A DNA stretch of 56,788 bases from Cyanobacteria bacterium P01_D01_bin.156 (GTDB lineage: Bacteria > Cyanobacteriota > Cyanobacteriia > Phormidesmidales > Phormidesmidaceae). The stretch spans positions 1 to 56,788 of the forward strand of contig JBCCQQ010000041.1 of the NCBI GenBank assembly GCA_039024555.1, written 5' to 3'. Positions 31,091 through 42,776 of the stretch are shown piece after piece (position 1 is the first letter of the stretch; every line of letters begins with the position of its first letter). The notes beneath the pieces were generated by a model, which saw nothing but the letters and a program-made list of their open reading frames with translations, searched no databases and was not told where the DNA came from. The translations under genes and the position numbers were made by a program.

Positions 31091-31356
31091 GGCCGCTGCA
31101 AAGTCACAAACCTGCTGATCTTATCAGGTAAACGTCAGCCAATACCGTACTAGGCGATGTCATGGTCAATTCAGTAACTTCCAGTTCCGTTTTCACTGTC
31201 ATGCAATGTTCGATTGCTAGTCTCTGATGATATGCAAGGGGCATTACCGTCTGTGATCTCTCAACAAAGCTCAGTTCTAGCCGCCCTGCGCTACATCTTT
31301 CAAGAATGTGTTGAACAGCTCAAAGTTGTTTATTAAACCACGTTTAAAGTCTCTCG

Positions 31357-32865
31357 TTATGGAGTGCCAGATGGGGGCAACTGCACTTGCTCGATGGGGA
31401 TACCTAGCTTTTCGGTTAGTTCGATAACGTTATCTGTGAACGTAGAGACATCACCCGAGACTGCGGCTGCTCCGCTGGCAAGACCTGTTATTAGAGTCCC
31501 CAGGGCGATGAGTTTTTTTAACTGGCGGCTGATGCGGTTTTGGTCAGGCTGTTCTGCTTTAAGTTCGGGTTCTAGGAGGTCAAGAGCGTCGTTGACATCG
31601 TCTTTTTGGCCGGTGGGGAATGTTTGAGCTTGGTCGCGAAGGGTGGTAAGAAGGCGGGTGATGTTTTCGGTGTTGGGGCCATAGTTGTTTTGGATGGCCG
31701 ACATCGTACCGTGATTGGTTACAGCAGCATTAGCGACAGGTGCATTAAAAGTTTGGTTAATCTCAGAAGGCATAATTTTAGAACCTAGTAGTTCTGTTAT
31801 CTTCATCAAGTTTGCACTCTGTTCCCGATAGGCGACGATTGTGCTGTCTTTTGCTTGTAGTTCAGCGCGATAGCGTTGTTCTAAGAGAGCTAGCTTGGTT
31901 CCATAAATTTCTTTTGCACTGCTTTCAATCTTTGCTTTATCAGTACCTTCAATCACTTCTAAACGAACAACAAAGGCCTCGTCCCGTTTCTTTTCGATGC
32001 CTTGGATAGAGATGTCTTGATCAGTGTATTGACTGCGAAGATCTTGAAAGGATTGAAAAAAGGCCTGCCAGTCAATGCCATCTTTGAAAATCAAATCCAC
32101 AGTGTCTACAACTTGCTGATATAAAGCTGAAAATTCTCCTGGCTTAAAGACACCAGCTCTCGGACGACGATTCTGGTTACCAGATTCAAGATAAATATAC
32201 TCACAAATCGCATCTTCAAGTCTTGTTTCACTGTTGATATGCCAGTCTTCTAAACAAGCTCCCGTAAATACTGACTTCTCAAAGTTAGTACCTAAAACTT
32301 TAACCCTACATAAATTGGCTCCACTTAAAGTGACTTTGATGAGTTCCAAACCACTCAGGTCAACACCAAGCAGATTAGCGCCGCTTAGGTTGACTCCGCT
32401 CAAGTTAACTCCAATTAAATTGGCCCCACTCAAGTCAACATTACTCAAATCAGCACTCAACAGATTGGCATGACGTAGGTTAACATTACTTAAGTTCGCT
32501 GTACGTAGATTAGTGGAGATCAAGTTAGCGTGAGGCAGACGGGCTCCACTCAAATCAGCATTGACCAGATTAGCGAAACTAAGATCAACCACACTTAGAT
32601 CAGCTTTACTTAGATCAGCTCCATTCAAGTCCGTTTTATGTAAGTGAGCAACACATAGGTTGGCTCCGCGCAAGTTAGCTTCATTCAGACAAGTAGTGCT
32701 CAGATTGGCTCCTGTTAAGTCAGCATTATTCAAGTGAACTCCACGCAAGTTACATCCCTTTAAATTAGCTCCACGCAGATTCGGTTTAATATTAGATTTT
32801 TTTTCTCTCCAAGAATTCCAACTCTTTACTCCTTGCCACAACCGATCCAACTGCTCTTCATCCAT
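31357..32865 (-). CDS. Pentapeptide repeat protein with C-terminal accessory domain
   Basis: Many A(N/D)LxG repeats followed by GACLEDWHIN, FKDGIDW and a coiled coil. Confidence 0.92.
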   Translation of the reverse strand: MDEEQLDRLWQGVKSWNSWREKKSNIKPNLRGANLKGCNLRGVHLNNADLTGANLSTTCLNEANLRGANLCVAHLHKTDLNGADLSKADLSVVDLSFANLVNADLSGARLPHANLISTNLRTANLSNVNLRHANLLSADLSNVDLSGANLIGVNLSGVNLSGANLLGVDLSGLELIKVTLSGANLCRVKVLGTNFEKSVFTGACLEDWHINSETRLEDAICEYIYLESGNQNRRPRAGVFKPGEFSALYQQVVDTVDLIFKDGIDWQAFFQSFQDLRSQYTDQDISIQGIEKKRDEAFVVRLEVIEGTDKAKIESSAKEIYGTKLALLEQRYRAELQAKDSTIVAYREQSANLMKITELLGSKIMPSEINQTFNAPVANAAVTNHGTMSAIQNNYGPNTENITRLLTTLRDQAQTFPTGQKDDVNDALDLLEPELKAEQPDQNRISRQLKKLIALGTLITGLASGAAAVSGDVSTFTDNVIELTEKLGIPIEQVQLPPSGTP

Positions 32866-33004
32866 CACTACATAGTCCTCAACTCAGCATTGCTATGGGC
32901 ACTCAACACATTTATAACCTTTAGAGTTTCTGACACAGACCGCTTCCTAGTAATCTAATCTCACTAGCTACCTCAACTGACTCAGGCAAATCGCCTTCAA
33001 AAAC

Positions 33005-33039
33005 AAAAAGCCCTTCAGGCATTGCTGAAGGGCTTTTTT
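33005..33039 (-). terminator. psaAB intrinsic terminator
   Basis: aaaaagcccttcag gcattg ctgaagggcttttt. Confidence 0.88.
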
Positions 33040-33064
33040 CATTCTCCTAAGAGAGCATCAAACG

Positions 33065-35269
33065 CTAGCCAAATCGACTCGACGTTGAAGCAATTAGGAA
33101 GGCCGCGTAGGTAAGTACAAAGCCAATCGTAAAGTGAGCAAGACCCACAACACGAGCCTGAACGATGGATAGTGCAACAGGCTTGTCCTTCCAGCTGATC
33201 AGGTTAGCAAGAGGAGTGCGCTCATGAGCCCATACGATGGTCTCGATAAGCTCCTGCCAGTAACCACGCCAGGAGATAAGGAACATGAAACCAGTTGCCC
33301 AAACCAAGTGAGCGAACAAGAACATCCATGCCCATACGGAGATGTTGTTCATGCCGTAGGCGTTGTAGCCGTTAATTAACTGAGCAGAGTTTAGCCACAG
33401 ATAATCACGGAACCAGCCCATTAGGTAAGTAGAGCTGTTGTTAAACTGCGCTACGTTACCACCCCAGATAGCTAGGTGCTTCCAGTGCCAGTAGAAGGTC
33501 AGCCACGCGATGGTGTTAAGCATCCAGAACATGGCTAGGTAGAAGGCATCCCATGCAGAGATGTCACAAGTACCGCCACGACCGGGGCCATCACAAGGGA
33601 AGCTGTAGCCAAAGTCCTTCTTGTCAGGCATTAGCTTAGAACCACGAGCGTCTAGAGCACCTTTCACTAGTACAAGAGTAGTAGTGTGTAGACCTAGAGC
33701 GATCGCATGGTGAACTAGGAAGTCACCAGGGCCAATGGTCAAGAACAGAGAGTTAGTACCACTGTTGATAGCTTCGAACCAGCCAGGTAGCCAGATGCCA
33801 CTAGCAGCATTAGTAGCCATGCTGTCAGCATTTGATAGCAGAGTATCGAAACCATATAGAGCCTTACCAGAGGCAGCCTGAACCCACTGAGCAAAGACGG
33901 GCTCAACCAGGATTTGCTTCTCGGGAGTACCAAAGGCAACTACAACATCGTTGTGTACGTAGAGACCTAGAGTATGGAAACCGAGGAACAGAGTAACCCA
34001 GCTTAGGTGAGAGATGATTGCTTCCTTATGATCCAAGATGCGGGCCAACACATTGTTAGCGTTTGCAGCAGGGTCGTAGTCGCGAATCAAGAAAATCGCA
34101 CCGTGGGCAAAGGCACCCATCATGATGAAGCCAGCAATGTACTGGTGGTGGGTGTAAAGCGCAGCCATGGTGGTGTAATCCTTAGCCATGAAGGCATAAG
34201 GAGGTAACGCATACATGTGCTGAGCAACCAGAGAAGTTACTACACCCAAGGAGGCAAGTGCCAAACCTAGCTGGAAGTGCAAGGAGTTGTTAAGAGTATC
34301 AAACAAACCTGCGTGACCATTACCAAGCTTTCCACTAGGAGGCTGGTGAGCATTGAGGATCTCCTTGATGCTGTGGCCAATACCGAAGTTAGTCCGGTAC
34401 ATGTGACCCGCAATGATGAAGATAACCGCAATGGCTAGGTGGTGGTGAGCCATATCAGTGAGCCACAAGGACTCAGTCTGAGGATGAAAGCCGCCCAAGA
34501 AGGTCAAGATTGCAGTACCAGAACCCTCAGAAGTACCAAACACATGGTTAACAGTGTCAGGACTCTGAGCATAAACGCCCCAGTTTCCGGAGAAGAAAGG
34601 AGCCAAGCCAGCGGGGTGAGGCATCACAGTTAGGAAGTTATCCCAACCAACATGCACACCGCGGGATTCAGGAATTGCAACGTGTACCAAGTGACCAGTC
34701 CAAGCTAGGGAGCTCACACCAAACAAACCAGCCAAGTGGTGGTTGAGGCGAGACTCTGCATTCTTGAACCAGGACAAGCTGGGACGGAACTTAGGCTGTA
34801 AGTGCAACCAACCTGCAAGCAGGAAGATTGAAGACAGCACTAAGAGGAACAAGGACGCCGCATAGAGGTCGCCATTGGTCCGCATACCGATGGTGTACCA
34901 CCAGTGATAAACCCCAGAGAACGCTACGTTAACGGGGCCAGTTGCGCCAGCCTGGGTGAACGCATCCACCGCATTCTGACCAAAGTGAGGGTCCCAAATC
35001 GCATGGGCGATGGGTTTTACGTTGAGGGGATCTTGGATCCACTGCTCAAAGTTGCCTTGCCAAGCAACGTGGAACAGGTTGCCGGATACCCAGAGGAAGA
35101 TGACTGCCAGGTGGCCAAAGTGGGAAGCAAAAATCTTTTGGTAAAGATTCTCTTCCGTCATGCCATCGTGGCTTTCAAAGTCGTGGGAAGTCGCAATCCC
35201 GTACCAGATCCGACGCGTAGTTGGATCTTGCGCTAGGTCTTGGCTAAATTTTGGAAATTTAGTCGCCAT
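33065..35269 (-). CDS. psaB: Photosystem I core protein PsaB
   Basis: [37 protein letters not shown]. Confidence 0.99.
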   Translation of the reverse strand: MATKFPKFSQDLAQDPTTRRIWYGIATSHDFESHDGMTEENLYQKIFASHFGHLAVIFLWVSGNLFHVAWQGNFEQWIQDPLNVKPIAHAIWDPHFGQNAVDAFTQAGATGPVNVAFSGVYHWWYTIGMRTNGDLYAASLFLLVLSSIFLLAGWLHLQPKFRPSLSWFKNAESRLNHHLAGLFGVSSLAWTGHLVHVAIPESRGVHVGWDNFLTVMPHPAGLAPFFSGNWGVYAQSPDTVNHVFGTSEGSGTAILTFLGGFHPQTESLWLTDMAHHHLAIAVIFIIAGHMYRTNFGIGHSIKEILNAHQPPSGKLGNGHAGLFDTLNNSLHFQLGLALASLGVVTSLVAQHMYALPPYAFMAKDYTTMAALYTHHQYIAGFIMMGAFAHGAIFLIRDYDPAANANNVLARILDHKEAIISHLSWVTLFLGFHTLGLYVHNDVVVAFGTPEKQILVEPVFAQWVQAASGKALYGFDTLLSNADSMATNAASGIWLPGWFEAINSGTNSLFLTIGPGDFLVHHAIALGLHTTTLVLVKGALDARGSKLMPDKKDFGYSFPCDGPGRGGTCDISAWDAFYLAMFWMLNTIAWLTFYWHWKHLAIWGGNVAQFNNSSTYLMGWFRDYLWLNSAQLINGYNAYGMNNISVWAWMFLFAHLVWATGFMFLISWRGYWQELIETIVWAHERTPLANLISWKDKPVALSIVQARVVGLAHFTIGFVLTYAAFLIASTSSRFG

Positions 35270-35292
35270 AGTTTTCTAGTAAGTCCTCCCCG

Positions 35293-37560
35293 CTAACCAA
35301 TCGACAGAATTCGAGCATGGAAGAACGCCCAAGTTGTCACGATACCGCCGAGGAGGTAATGAGCGACACCAACCGCACGACCCTGAGTAATGCTCAGTGC
35401 GCGGGGCTGAATTGCAGGAGCGACCTTGAGCTTATTATGAGCCCAAACAATGGACTCGATTAGCTCTTGCCAGTAGCCACGGCCACTGAACAGGAACATG
35501 AGGCTAAATGCCCAGACAAAGTGGCCGGCTAGGAACATCAAACCGTAGGCAGAGATAGCAGAGCCATAGGAGTTGATTACCTGGGAAGCCTGAGCCCACA
35601 GGAAGTCACGAAGCCAACCGTTGATGGTAATTGCGCTTGTCGCGAAGCTACCACCTGCGGGATGAGACACGGCACCACCGGAAACAGTACCCCATACATC
35701 CGATTGCATCTTCCAGCTGAAGTGGAAAATAACGATGGACAAAGAGTTGTACATCCAGAACAGACCTAGGAAGACATGGTCCCAACCAGATACCTGGCAA
35801 GTACCACCACGACCGGGACCGTCACAGGGGAAGCGGAAGCCCAACTCGCTCTTATCAGGGATGAGGCGAGAATTACGGGAGTACAGCACACCCTTAAGCA
35901 GGATTAGTACAGTTACGTGAATGGTGAACGCATGAATGTGATGCACCATAAAGTCAGCTGTGCCAAGTGCAATAGGCATCATGGCAACTTTGCCACCAAC
36001 GGCAACCATGTCGCCACCAAACGCGATACTAGTTGGACCCATGGCATTTGGAGCCGTGGTACCGCTAGCGGCTAAGGTGTGCAGGCTTTGAACCCATTGG
36101 GCAAAGATAGGCTGTAGCTGAATAGCACTATCGGAGAACATGTCCTGGGGACGACCCAAGGCACGCATAGTGTCGTTGTGGATGTATAGACCAAAGCTAT
36201 GGAAGCCTAGGAAAATACATACCCAGTTGAGGTGAGAGATGATGGCATCACGAGCGCGTAGGACACGATCAAGTACGTTGTCCACATGCATGGCTGGATC
36301 GTAATCACGAACCATTGCAATTGCTGCGTGAGCCGCACCGCCCACAATCAAGAAGCCGCCAATCCACATATGGTGAGTGAATAGGCAAAGCTGAGTAGCG
36401 TAGTCAGTTGCTAGGTAAGGATAAGGAGGCATCGCATACATGTGCTGAGCCACGATAATCGTTACCGAACCACCCATAGCCAGGTTGATAGCTAGTTGAG
36501 CATGCCAGGAAGTGGTCAAGAACTCGAACAAGCCGTCATGGCCATTCTTAGCAGGGAAGAGCAACGGATCGCCCTTTTGACCTTCTAGAATCTCCTTCAT
36601 ACTGTGGCCAATGCCCCAGTTAGTGCGGTACATGTGACCAGCAAAGATGAACATCACTGCGATCGCCAAATGGTGATGCGCAATGTCAGTCATCCAAAGA
36701 CCGCCAGTCACAGGATTAAGACCGCCCTTGAAAGTCAAGAAGTCAGAATAGACACCCCAATTGAGGGTGAAGAATGGCGTTAGCCCCTGAGCAAAACTAG
36801 GGAACAAATCTGCCATGAACGCTTTATCTAGTAGATACTCGTGCGGCAAAGGAATATCCTCTGGAGCCACCCCGGCATCTAATAAAGCATTAACAGGCAG
36901 AGCAACGTGAATCTGGTGGCCGGCCCAACTCAGTGAACCTAATCCAAACAGACCAGCCAGGTGATGATTCATCATGGATTCCACGTTCTGGAACCACTCA
37001 AGCTTAGGAGCTTTAATGTGGTAGTGGAATACACCAGCATTAATCATCAAACCAGCCATTACCAGTGCACCGATGGCAGTGCAAAGAAGCTGGAAAGAAT
37101 TTGTATAGCCAGCAGCTCTCCACATCTGGAACAGACCAGATGTAATTTGAATACCCTGGAAGCCGCCGCCCACCTCACCGTTCAGGATCTCTTGACCGAA
37201 AATAGGCCAAACAACCTGAGCACTGGGCTTAATGTTAACGGGATCCGACAACCAAGCTTCAAAGTTGGAAAAGCGAGCGCCATGGTAATACATGCCACTC
37301 AGCCAAATGAACACGATGGCCAAATGGCCAAAGTGAGCGCTAAAAATTTTACGAGAAATGTCCTCTAAGTCACTGGTGTGACTGTCAAAGTCGTGAGCGT
37401 CGGCATGCAGATTCCAAATCCAAGTAGTGGTTTTGGGACCCTTCGCCAAAGCGCGGCTGAAATGACCAGGCTTACCCCACTTCTCAAAAGAAACGGGCAC
37501 CGGATTTTCATCAACTGCCACCTTGACTGCTGCCTCCCGCTCCCGCGGGGTAGTTGTCAT
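35293..37560 (-). CDS. psaA: Photosystem I core protein PsaA
   Basis: GAGGAG RBS and ATG at 37560; [28 protein letters not shown]. Confidence 0.99.
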   Translation of the reverse strand: MTTTPREREAAVKVAVDENPVPVSFEKWGKPGHFSRALAKGPKTTTWIWNLHADAHDFDSHTSDLEDISRKIFSAHFGHLAIVFIWLSGMYYHGARFSNFEAWLSDPVNIKPSAQVVWPIFGQEILNGEVGGGFQGIQITSGLFQMWRAAGYTNSFQLLCTAIGALVMAGLMINAGVFHYHIKAPKLEWFQNVESMMNHHLAGLFGLGSLSWAGHQIHVALPVNALLDAGVAPEDIPLPHEYLLDKAFMADLFPSFAQGLTPFFTLNWGVYSDFLTFKGGLNPVTGGLWMTDIAHHHLAIAVMFIFAGHMYRTNWGIGHSMKEILEGQKGDPLLFPAKNGHDGLFEFLTTSWHAQLAINLAMGGSVTIIVAQHMYAMPPYPYLATDYATQLCLFTHHMWIGGFLIVGGAAHAAIAMVRDYDPAMHVDNVLDRVLRARDAIISHLNWVCIFLGFHSFGLYIHNDTMRALGRPQDMFSDSAIQLQPIFAQWVQSLHTLAASGTTAPNAMGPTSIAFGGDMVAVGGKVAMMPIALGTADFMVHHIHAFTIHVTVLILLKGVLYSRNSRLIPDKSELGFRFPCDGPGRGGTCQVSGWDHVFLGLFWMYNSLSIVIFHFSWKMQSDVWGTVSGGAVSHPAGGSFATSAITINGWLRDFLWAQASQVINSYGSAISAYGLMFLAGHFVWAFSLMFLFSGRGYWQELIESIVWAHNKLKVAPAIQPRALSITQGRAVGVAHYLLGGIVTTWAFFHARILSIG

Positions 37561-37714
37561 GGAGACTCTCCTCTCTCTAGACAAAGAACGAACAGCCTAA
37601 AAATACGAGATCAGCAAAATGTTTGTAAATGAAACAATTGCGAACATTTGCTACTGCGATGTTAACGCAGTAGAAACGTTGACACTCGGTATTTATTTAG
37701 GATTGCTCCTGAGC

Positions 37715-37770
37715 ATTATAGACTCGGCGCTTCCCCGATCCCGCGACGAGTTAACAATAATTCAACCTCC
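37715..37770 (-). promoter_or_regulatory. Putative psaAB promoter: perfect -10 and upstream AT-rich element
   Basis: TATAAT on the minus strand at 37715-37720, about 155 nt upstream of the ATG; gttgaattattgttaac upstream may be an imperfect RpaB site. Confidence 0.55.
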
Positions 37771-38151
37771 GAAAACCTCTCAGAATAAGGCTCGCAAGGT
37801 AGTCGTTCGCACAAAATAGCAACTATATTGGGTTCGTATTAACAAATCTCAATAGAGTGAGCGGATTTCGGCAAACCGTTATGCAACACGCATAAAGCCC
37901 TCAAAAAACAGCGATCGTTTTACTAATTAAAAGTATTGAACTTATTAATACGTTTAATTCTGAGAGAGTGCAGACAAAAATGTTTTTTGATGTACTTTTG
38001 TAAACAACTTCAGCTTTGCGATCGCAGCTTTCTGTTGTTGGCAATGCATTGTTAATAACAGATGTGTATTTCAATACCGTTCAGCCGTTAGTATCGATGG
38101 AGCTCCTGTTGAAGCTGGAGTTTGTGTGATTGCAGCAGGACAAGATATGTC

Positions 38152-39729
38152 ATGACTTTAGTGGCTAATATTTGGGGCTATTGGCGTTGCCGCTTCTCTC
38201 AACTCGTCAAGGCTTTGGTTCTAGTTAGTTTGATTTTTCTGGTTGGGTGCAGCTCATCAGAAACAGTGTCAATGTCAGTGGACGTTGACGAAGTGCCTGC
38301 TTCGCCATGGAGGTCACGCCCTGTTATTAAGCGGGTGGAGCCACCGCAGTTGATTCAAGAGTTAGAGCCTTGGTTGGAAAACTATGCTCCCCAAATAAAT
38401 ATTCTGCAGCCACTAGCGGATCAAGTTATTGAAGATACAAGCATTCGTGTTGAGTTAGCGGTTGGTAATTTACCTATATATAAAGATGATGCGTGGGGGC
38501 TGGGTCCCCACGTAGAGTTATTGCTAGATAATCAGCCCTATGGGGCAATTTACGATCTTGATCAGCCTATTGTTTTGGAGGGCTTGACGCCTGGAACCCA
38601 TACTCTGAGAGCGTTAGCTGTTCGCCCCTGGAATGAAAGCTTTAAAAATCTAGGCTCCTACGCTCAGGTGACGTTTCATAGTTTTGCCAAAACGGATGAA
38701 AATGCCCCCGCAGTCGAAGAGCCCTTGCTGACCTACGTTGCTCCTGGGGAAGTCTATGGCGCAGAGCCAGTGCTGCTGGATTTTTATTTAACAGATGCGC
38801 CTTTGCATGAAGTGGCAGCGACGGATGCTTCGATTCAAGACTGGCGGGTGCGCTACACCATCAATGGTGAGAGTCTGCTCTTAGATACGTGGGAGCCTAT
38901 CTATATAGAAGGATTAAAACCTGGCCGTAACTGGGTACAGCTGACTCTGGTGGATCCAGAGGGTAACCCTATTGAAGGCGTTTTCAATAATACTGTCCGA
39001 CTGATTGAATATGATGCAACTCAGCAGGACAGTCTGGCTCAAATCATTCTGGGAAAACCAGGGTTAGAAATGGTTGGTTCCATTGTCGATCCATCCTATG
39101 AGCCGCCAGTCCAAGAGGTTCCCGAGTCGTCTGTAGTAGAGGATGCTATGGCGGTGGAAAGTGCAGACGATGATGAGCTGATTTCGAATCCAGATATGGA
39201 TGATTTGGATATTCAGGGCATTCCTGGAGGTGTGGATGCCAAAGCGCACTCTCTGGAATCTGATGAAGATGATAGTGAAGTAGTTCAGCTAGAAACTTCA
39301 ATCCTAGATAGCCAGATCGATACGGTGCTGTTGGAAAAGAGCGAAACAAAGCCGTTGGCATCGGATGAGCTGGCTCCTAATTCTGCTGCTGACACTCGCT
39401 CCGTTGCAAACAATAATGATGACGATTCAGTGGACATTTTCTCAGCAGATCAGGGCTTAGAGATGGCTCCAGAGACTATTGAGCTGGATACTGAATTCCA
39501 GGCTAATCGTGAATCAGCGCCTGAGTTGTCTGAAGAGACTGTTGCGAAAGAAGAGTTAAAACCAGAAGACTCTAGCATTCCTGTTCCAGAGCTGACACCG
39601 GACAGTTCAGAGGCACCGATTGTAAACGATGACAGTTCTAATGCCACAGACGCTGATAAAACAGCCTCGCGGCGATACTTTAAAGAGCTCTACGACTATC
39701 GGGAGCGTTCTATGAGTCGTCGGCAGTAG
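38152..39729 (+). CDS. Hypothetical lipoprotein with two Ig-like segments and a long acidic tail
   Basis: Lipobox FLVGC; internal similarity between LEGLTPGTHTL and IEGLKPGRNWV; D/E-rich C-terminal ~190 aa. Confidence 0.8.
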   Translation: MTLVANIWGYWRCRFSQLVKALVLVSLIFLVGCSSSETVSMSVDVDEVPASPWRSRPVIKRVEPPQLIQELEPWLENYAPQINILQPLADQVIEDTSIRVELAVGNLPIYKDDAWGLGPHVELLLDNQPYGAIYDLDQPIVLEGLTPGTHTLRALAVRPWNESFKNLGSYAQVTFHSFAKTDENAPAVEEPLLTYVAPGEVYGAEPVLLDFYLTDAPLHEVAATDASIQDWRVRYTINGESLLLDTWEPIYIEGLKPGRNWVQLTLVDPEGNPIEGVFNNTVRLIEYDATQQDSLAQIILGKPGLEMVGSIVDPSYEPPVQEVPESSVVEDAMAVESADDDELISNPDMDDLDIQGIPGGVDAKAHSLESDEDDSEVVQLETSILDSQIDTVLLEKSETKPLASDELAPNSAADTRSVANNNDDDSVDIFSADQGLEMAPETIELDTEFQANRESAPELSEETVAKEELKPEDSSIPVPELTPDSSEAPIVNDDSSNATDADKTASRRYFKELYDYRERSMSRRQ

Positions 39730-39752
39730 TGCTGAGTCGTCGGCACTACTGC
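39721..39752. terminator. Hairpin between convergent genes
   Basis: gcagtagtgc tgagtcgtcg gcactactgc; overlaps a 13-bp direct repeat tgagtcgtcggca. Confidence 0.55.
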
Positions 39753-39758
39753 TGGTGA

Positions 39759-40754
39759 TTAAATTGCTGTCAGATCGCAAGATTCTGGCTTGAGTTCTCG
39801 CTCCATAAGGTCGCCAACGGCTTCTTGGGGGGTAACCACGCCTCTCAGAAGACGGTGGACCTGGCGAGCAATGGGGATGGGAATCCCTTCTCGATTGGCA
39901 ATATCAATGAGTACGTGGGCGGTATTGACACCTTCAGCAGTACTGCCTAGCTCCACTAAAATTTGGTCCAGCTGTTTACCTTGGGCTAAGCCGTAGCCTA
40001 CCCGATAGTTCCGGCTGAGAGAACCATCGCAGGTGGCCAGCAAATCGCCCAAGCCAGAGAGGCCATAAAAGGTCTCCACCTGGGCTCCCATGTGTACGCC
40101 AACTCGAATCATTTCGGGAATGGCTCTGGTAATGAGACCCGCTTTTGCATTAGAACCTAGCTTGAGGCCATCGCAAACGCCTACTGCGATCGCAATTACA
40201 TTTTTTAAGGTCCCCCCCAGCTCTGCCCCCACCGGGTCGGGGCTGGTGTAAATGCGAAATAGCTCGGATGAGTACACTTGCTGCACCCATGCTGAAGCCT
40301 GAAGGTCAGTACTGGCTACTACGGTTGCTGCTGGCAGTCCCGCTTCAATTTCTTTAGATAGATTTGGCCCTGACAAAACAACGACAGGATTTTCTGGGAA
40401 GGTGTCTTGAAAAATCTTAGAGGGGGTGCGGGTGGTTGCTGGGTCTAGGCCTTTTGTGGCTGTGACCAAAATAGTGGACGGTTTGAGGCTGGCTTGTTGT
40501 AACTGTTCAGCTAGGGAAGAGACTCCTTTCATGGAGATGGCCGATACTACGATTTCAGCCTCGGCAACCGCTGTGGATAAATCGACGGGACCTCGGCGTG
40601 ACCAAATCTGCACCTGATTGCCATTGGTTAAGGCTAATCTGGCCAATGCCGTGCCCCAAGCACCAGACCCCAATACTGTTACTCTAGCTGTCTGCTTCAG
40701 CGCCTCCGATAGAGGGATGGTTGGCGTTTCAGGCGCTGCAGATGAAGTAACCAC
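39759..40754 (-). CDS. gpsA: NAD(P)H-dependent glycerol-3-phosphate dehydrogenase
   Basis: GSGAWGTALA, LSGPNL, GGTLKNVIAIA, GLGDLLATC, SRN. Confidence 0.97.
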   Translation of the reverse strand: MVTSSAAPETPTIPLSEALKQTARVTVLGSGAWGTALARLALTNGNQVQIWSRRGPVDLSTAVAEAEIVVSAISMKGVSSLAEQLQQASLKPSTILVTATKGLDPATTRTPSKIFQDTFPENPVVVLSGPNLSKEIEAGLPAATVVASTDLQASAWVQQVYSSELFRIYTSPDPVGAELGGTLKNVIAIAVGVCDGLKLGSNAKAGLITRAIPEMIRVGVHMGAQVETFYGLSGLGDLLATCDGSLSRNYRVGYGLAQGKQLDQILVELGSTAEGVNTAHVLIDIANREGIPIPIARQVHRLLRGVVTPQEAVGDLMERELKPESCDLTAI

Positions 40755-40866
40755 GAGATAATTTTCCCCTTTTAATTTAAGTCTGAGAGCTAGGGTTCAA
40801 GCTGTACATGAGATACTGATTCCCAATTTAAAGCCTAGCCCTCAAAACTAAGAGCACCTATTTAGC

Positions 40867-42543
40867 CTAAGCTACCGTTGCGGTTACTGGAGACCGATAT
40901 TGGTCGAGCTGATAATCGGGGATACAGTTGTCACGCATGTAGGTGTAGTAATCCTGCAAGTTGCGATCGCAGCGTTCTTGGGGCCAATTGCAGTAATGCT
41001 TGAGCACAGCTTCCACGACTGGTAGTGCATCGACGCCATAGTTGCCTCGCATAGCGATGGCGGTTCGTCGCCGACAAATGTCTACATAGGTGCGGGCGAG
41101 TTCCGAGCGGACGCTGTAGACAATTTGAGCCTGAATATCGGGCTGCCCTGCCACAATCGGTTCACCAAGCTCAGGGGACTCTTCCAGGAGGGCAAGTACC
41201 TGGGACGTTCTGGCGCCATAGAGAGATAACAGATGAGCTACCAAATCCCGATTGCTAGAGTTCATTAATGTTTTGGCCTCGCTAGTTGCGATCGCTCCCG
41301 GCAAAGGTGCCTGGCGAGTTTCTGAATGGCCAACCTTTTTTTTCTGCTTTTTAAATACGGCCTCCATCATTTCTTCGCCCACTTGGCGATGGGTGGTGAG
41401 CTTACCGCCAATTAGCGACACCATATTTTCCACACCTTCCTGGCTGTGGTCATACAGCACGTGGCTGCGAGTAATGCCGCTGGTTTTGGTTCCTTCGGTA
41501 TAGGGCAGTGGTCGCACACCGGCATAGGTAAACCGCACTGAACTTCGAGTTAGCTGAGCGGTGGGAATGACCCGGTTGGTTTCATTCAACAAATAATCAA
41601 TTTCGTCATTGCTGGCATGAACCTTATCAAGATCCCCTTCAAACCGAATATCAGTTGTACCGATCAGGCACATGCCCAGCCACGGCAATATAAAGAAGGG
41701 ACGACCATCCGTCAGCGCTTCCACATAAAGGGCTTCATCGGGTGCCCCTGGAAACTTATCCACAATAATATGGCTACCGCGAGTGCCGCCTATCTTTCTC
41801 GTTTTACCTACAGGTGCAGGGGCATTGCCTTCAATACCACTTCGACAAACCTGATCTACCCAAGGTCCTGCGGTGTTAATCACTACCGCCTGCTCATGTC
41901 CTCGCACCGTAAAGGCTTCACCGGTTTCACTATCACGACATAGCAGCGAGGTAATCCGATTGCCGCTGCGCTGTAGTTGAGCTACGGTCACATAGCTCAG
42001 CATGCTAGCTCCAGCTTCCTGGGCCGATAACACGAGCTCTAAACATAACCGTTCTGCGTATTCCACCTGGGCGTCGTAGTATTGGGCTGCGCCCCGACAG
42101 CCTGCTGGCTCCACGGCTCGAAACATCTGCTGTAACTTTTTAGCACCTAACATGCGATGGTTAGGCAAGCTTTTGTCGTAGCTCAGCACATCATAAAGCA
42201 CCATGCCTGCCTGGATTTCCCAGTAGCTGCGGGAGCCTTGAGCATAGATCGGAATGGTCATTTGGATAGGCTTTACCAAATGTGGAGCTGTTCTCAGCAG
42301 AATCTCGCGCTCCCGCAGGGACTCACGGACTAGATTAAATTCAAAGTATTCTAGGTAGCGTAGCCCCCCGTGGACAAGGCGACTCGACCAACTGGTGGTG
42401 CCACTTCCAAAGTCGCTCTTCTCTATCACAATAGCTTTTAGCCCTTTCAGGGCAGCTTCTCGGGCGACTGCGACTCCGTTGATACCCCCACCAATTACAA
42501 TCACATCGTAGGCTGTTGCCTCTACTGTCGCGTAATTAGGCAT
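40867..42543 (-). CDS. glpD: FAD-dependent glycerol-3-phosphate dehydrogenase
   Basis: IGGGING, GTTSWSSRLVHGGLRYLE, GTTD, GVRPL, GGKLTT. Confidence 0.95.
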   Translation of the reverse strand: MPNYATVEATAYDVIVIGGGINGVAVAREAALKGLKAIVIEKSDFGSGTTSWSSRLVHGGLRYLEYFEFNLVRESLREREILLRTAPHLVKPIQMTIPIYAQGSRSYWEIQAGMVLYDVLSYDKSLPNHRMLGAKKLQQMFRAVEPAGCRGAAQYYDAQVEYAERLCLELVLSAQEAGASMLSYVTVAQLQRSGNRITSLLCRDSETGEAFTVRGHEQAVVINTAGPWVDQVCRSGIEGNAPAPVGKTRKIGGTRGSHIIVDKFPGAPDEALYVEALTDGRPFFILPWLGMCLIGTTDIRFEGDLDKVHASNDEIDYLLNETNRVIPTAQLTRSSVRFTYAGVRPLPYTEGTKTSGITRSHVLYDHSQEGVENMVSLIGGKLTTHRQVGEEMMEAVFKKQKKKVGHSETRQAPLPGAIATSEAKTLMNSSNRDLVAHLLSLYGARTSQVLALLEESPELGEPIVAGQPDIQAQIVYSVRSELARTYVDICRRRTAIAMRGNYGVDALPVVEAVLKHYCNWPQERCDRNLQDYYTYMRDNCIPDYQLDQYRSPVTATVA

Positions 42544-42776
42544 AGTTGCTACCAAAGTAATGGTCTGTTGATATTTGAATAGTTTTAGGGTGAGCTATTG
42601 CCAAATGATGGGACTAACCAATCTGGTAATGGTGCCATAGAACCCCATCTTCCAGATAAAAAGCATCCCTAAGGATAAGCAACAGCCCGGTCACAAATAT
42701 AGGCTTCCCTAGGCTTCAAGATGCCACAAATTTTAAGAAAGGGGTGCATCTTGATTTGAAGAATTGACATTAAGAC

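Noticed and set aside
33065..37560. psaAB as far-red (FaRLiP) paralogues
   Set aside because: No rfpABC, chlF or paralogous apc/psb genes nearby, and the lengths and context look like the standard operon.
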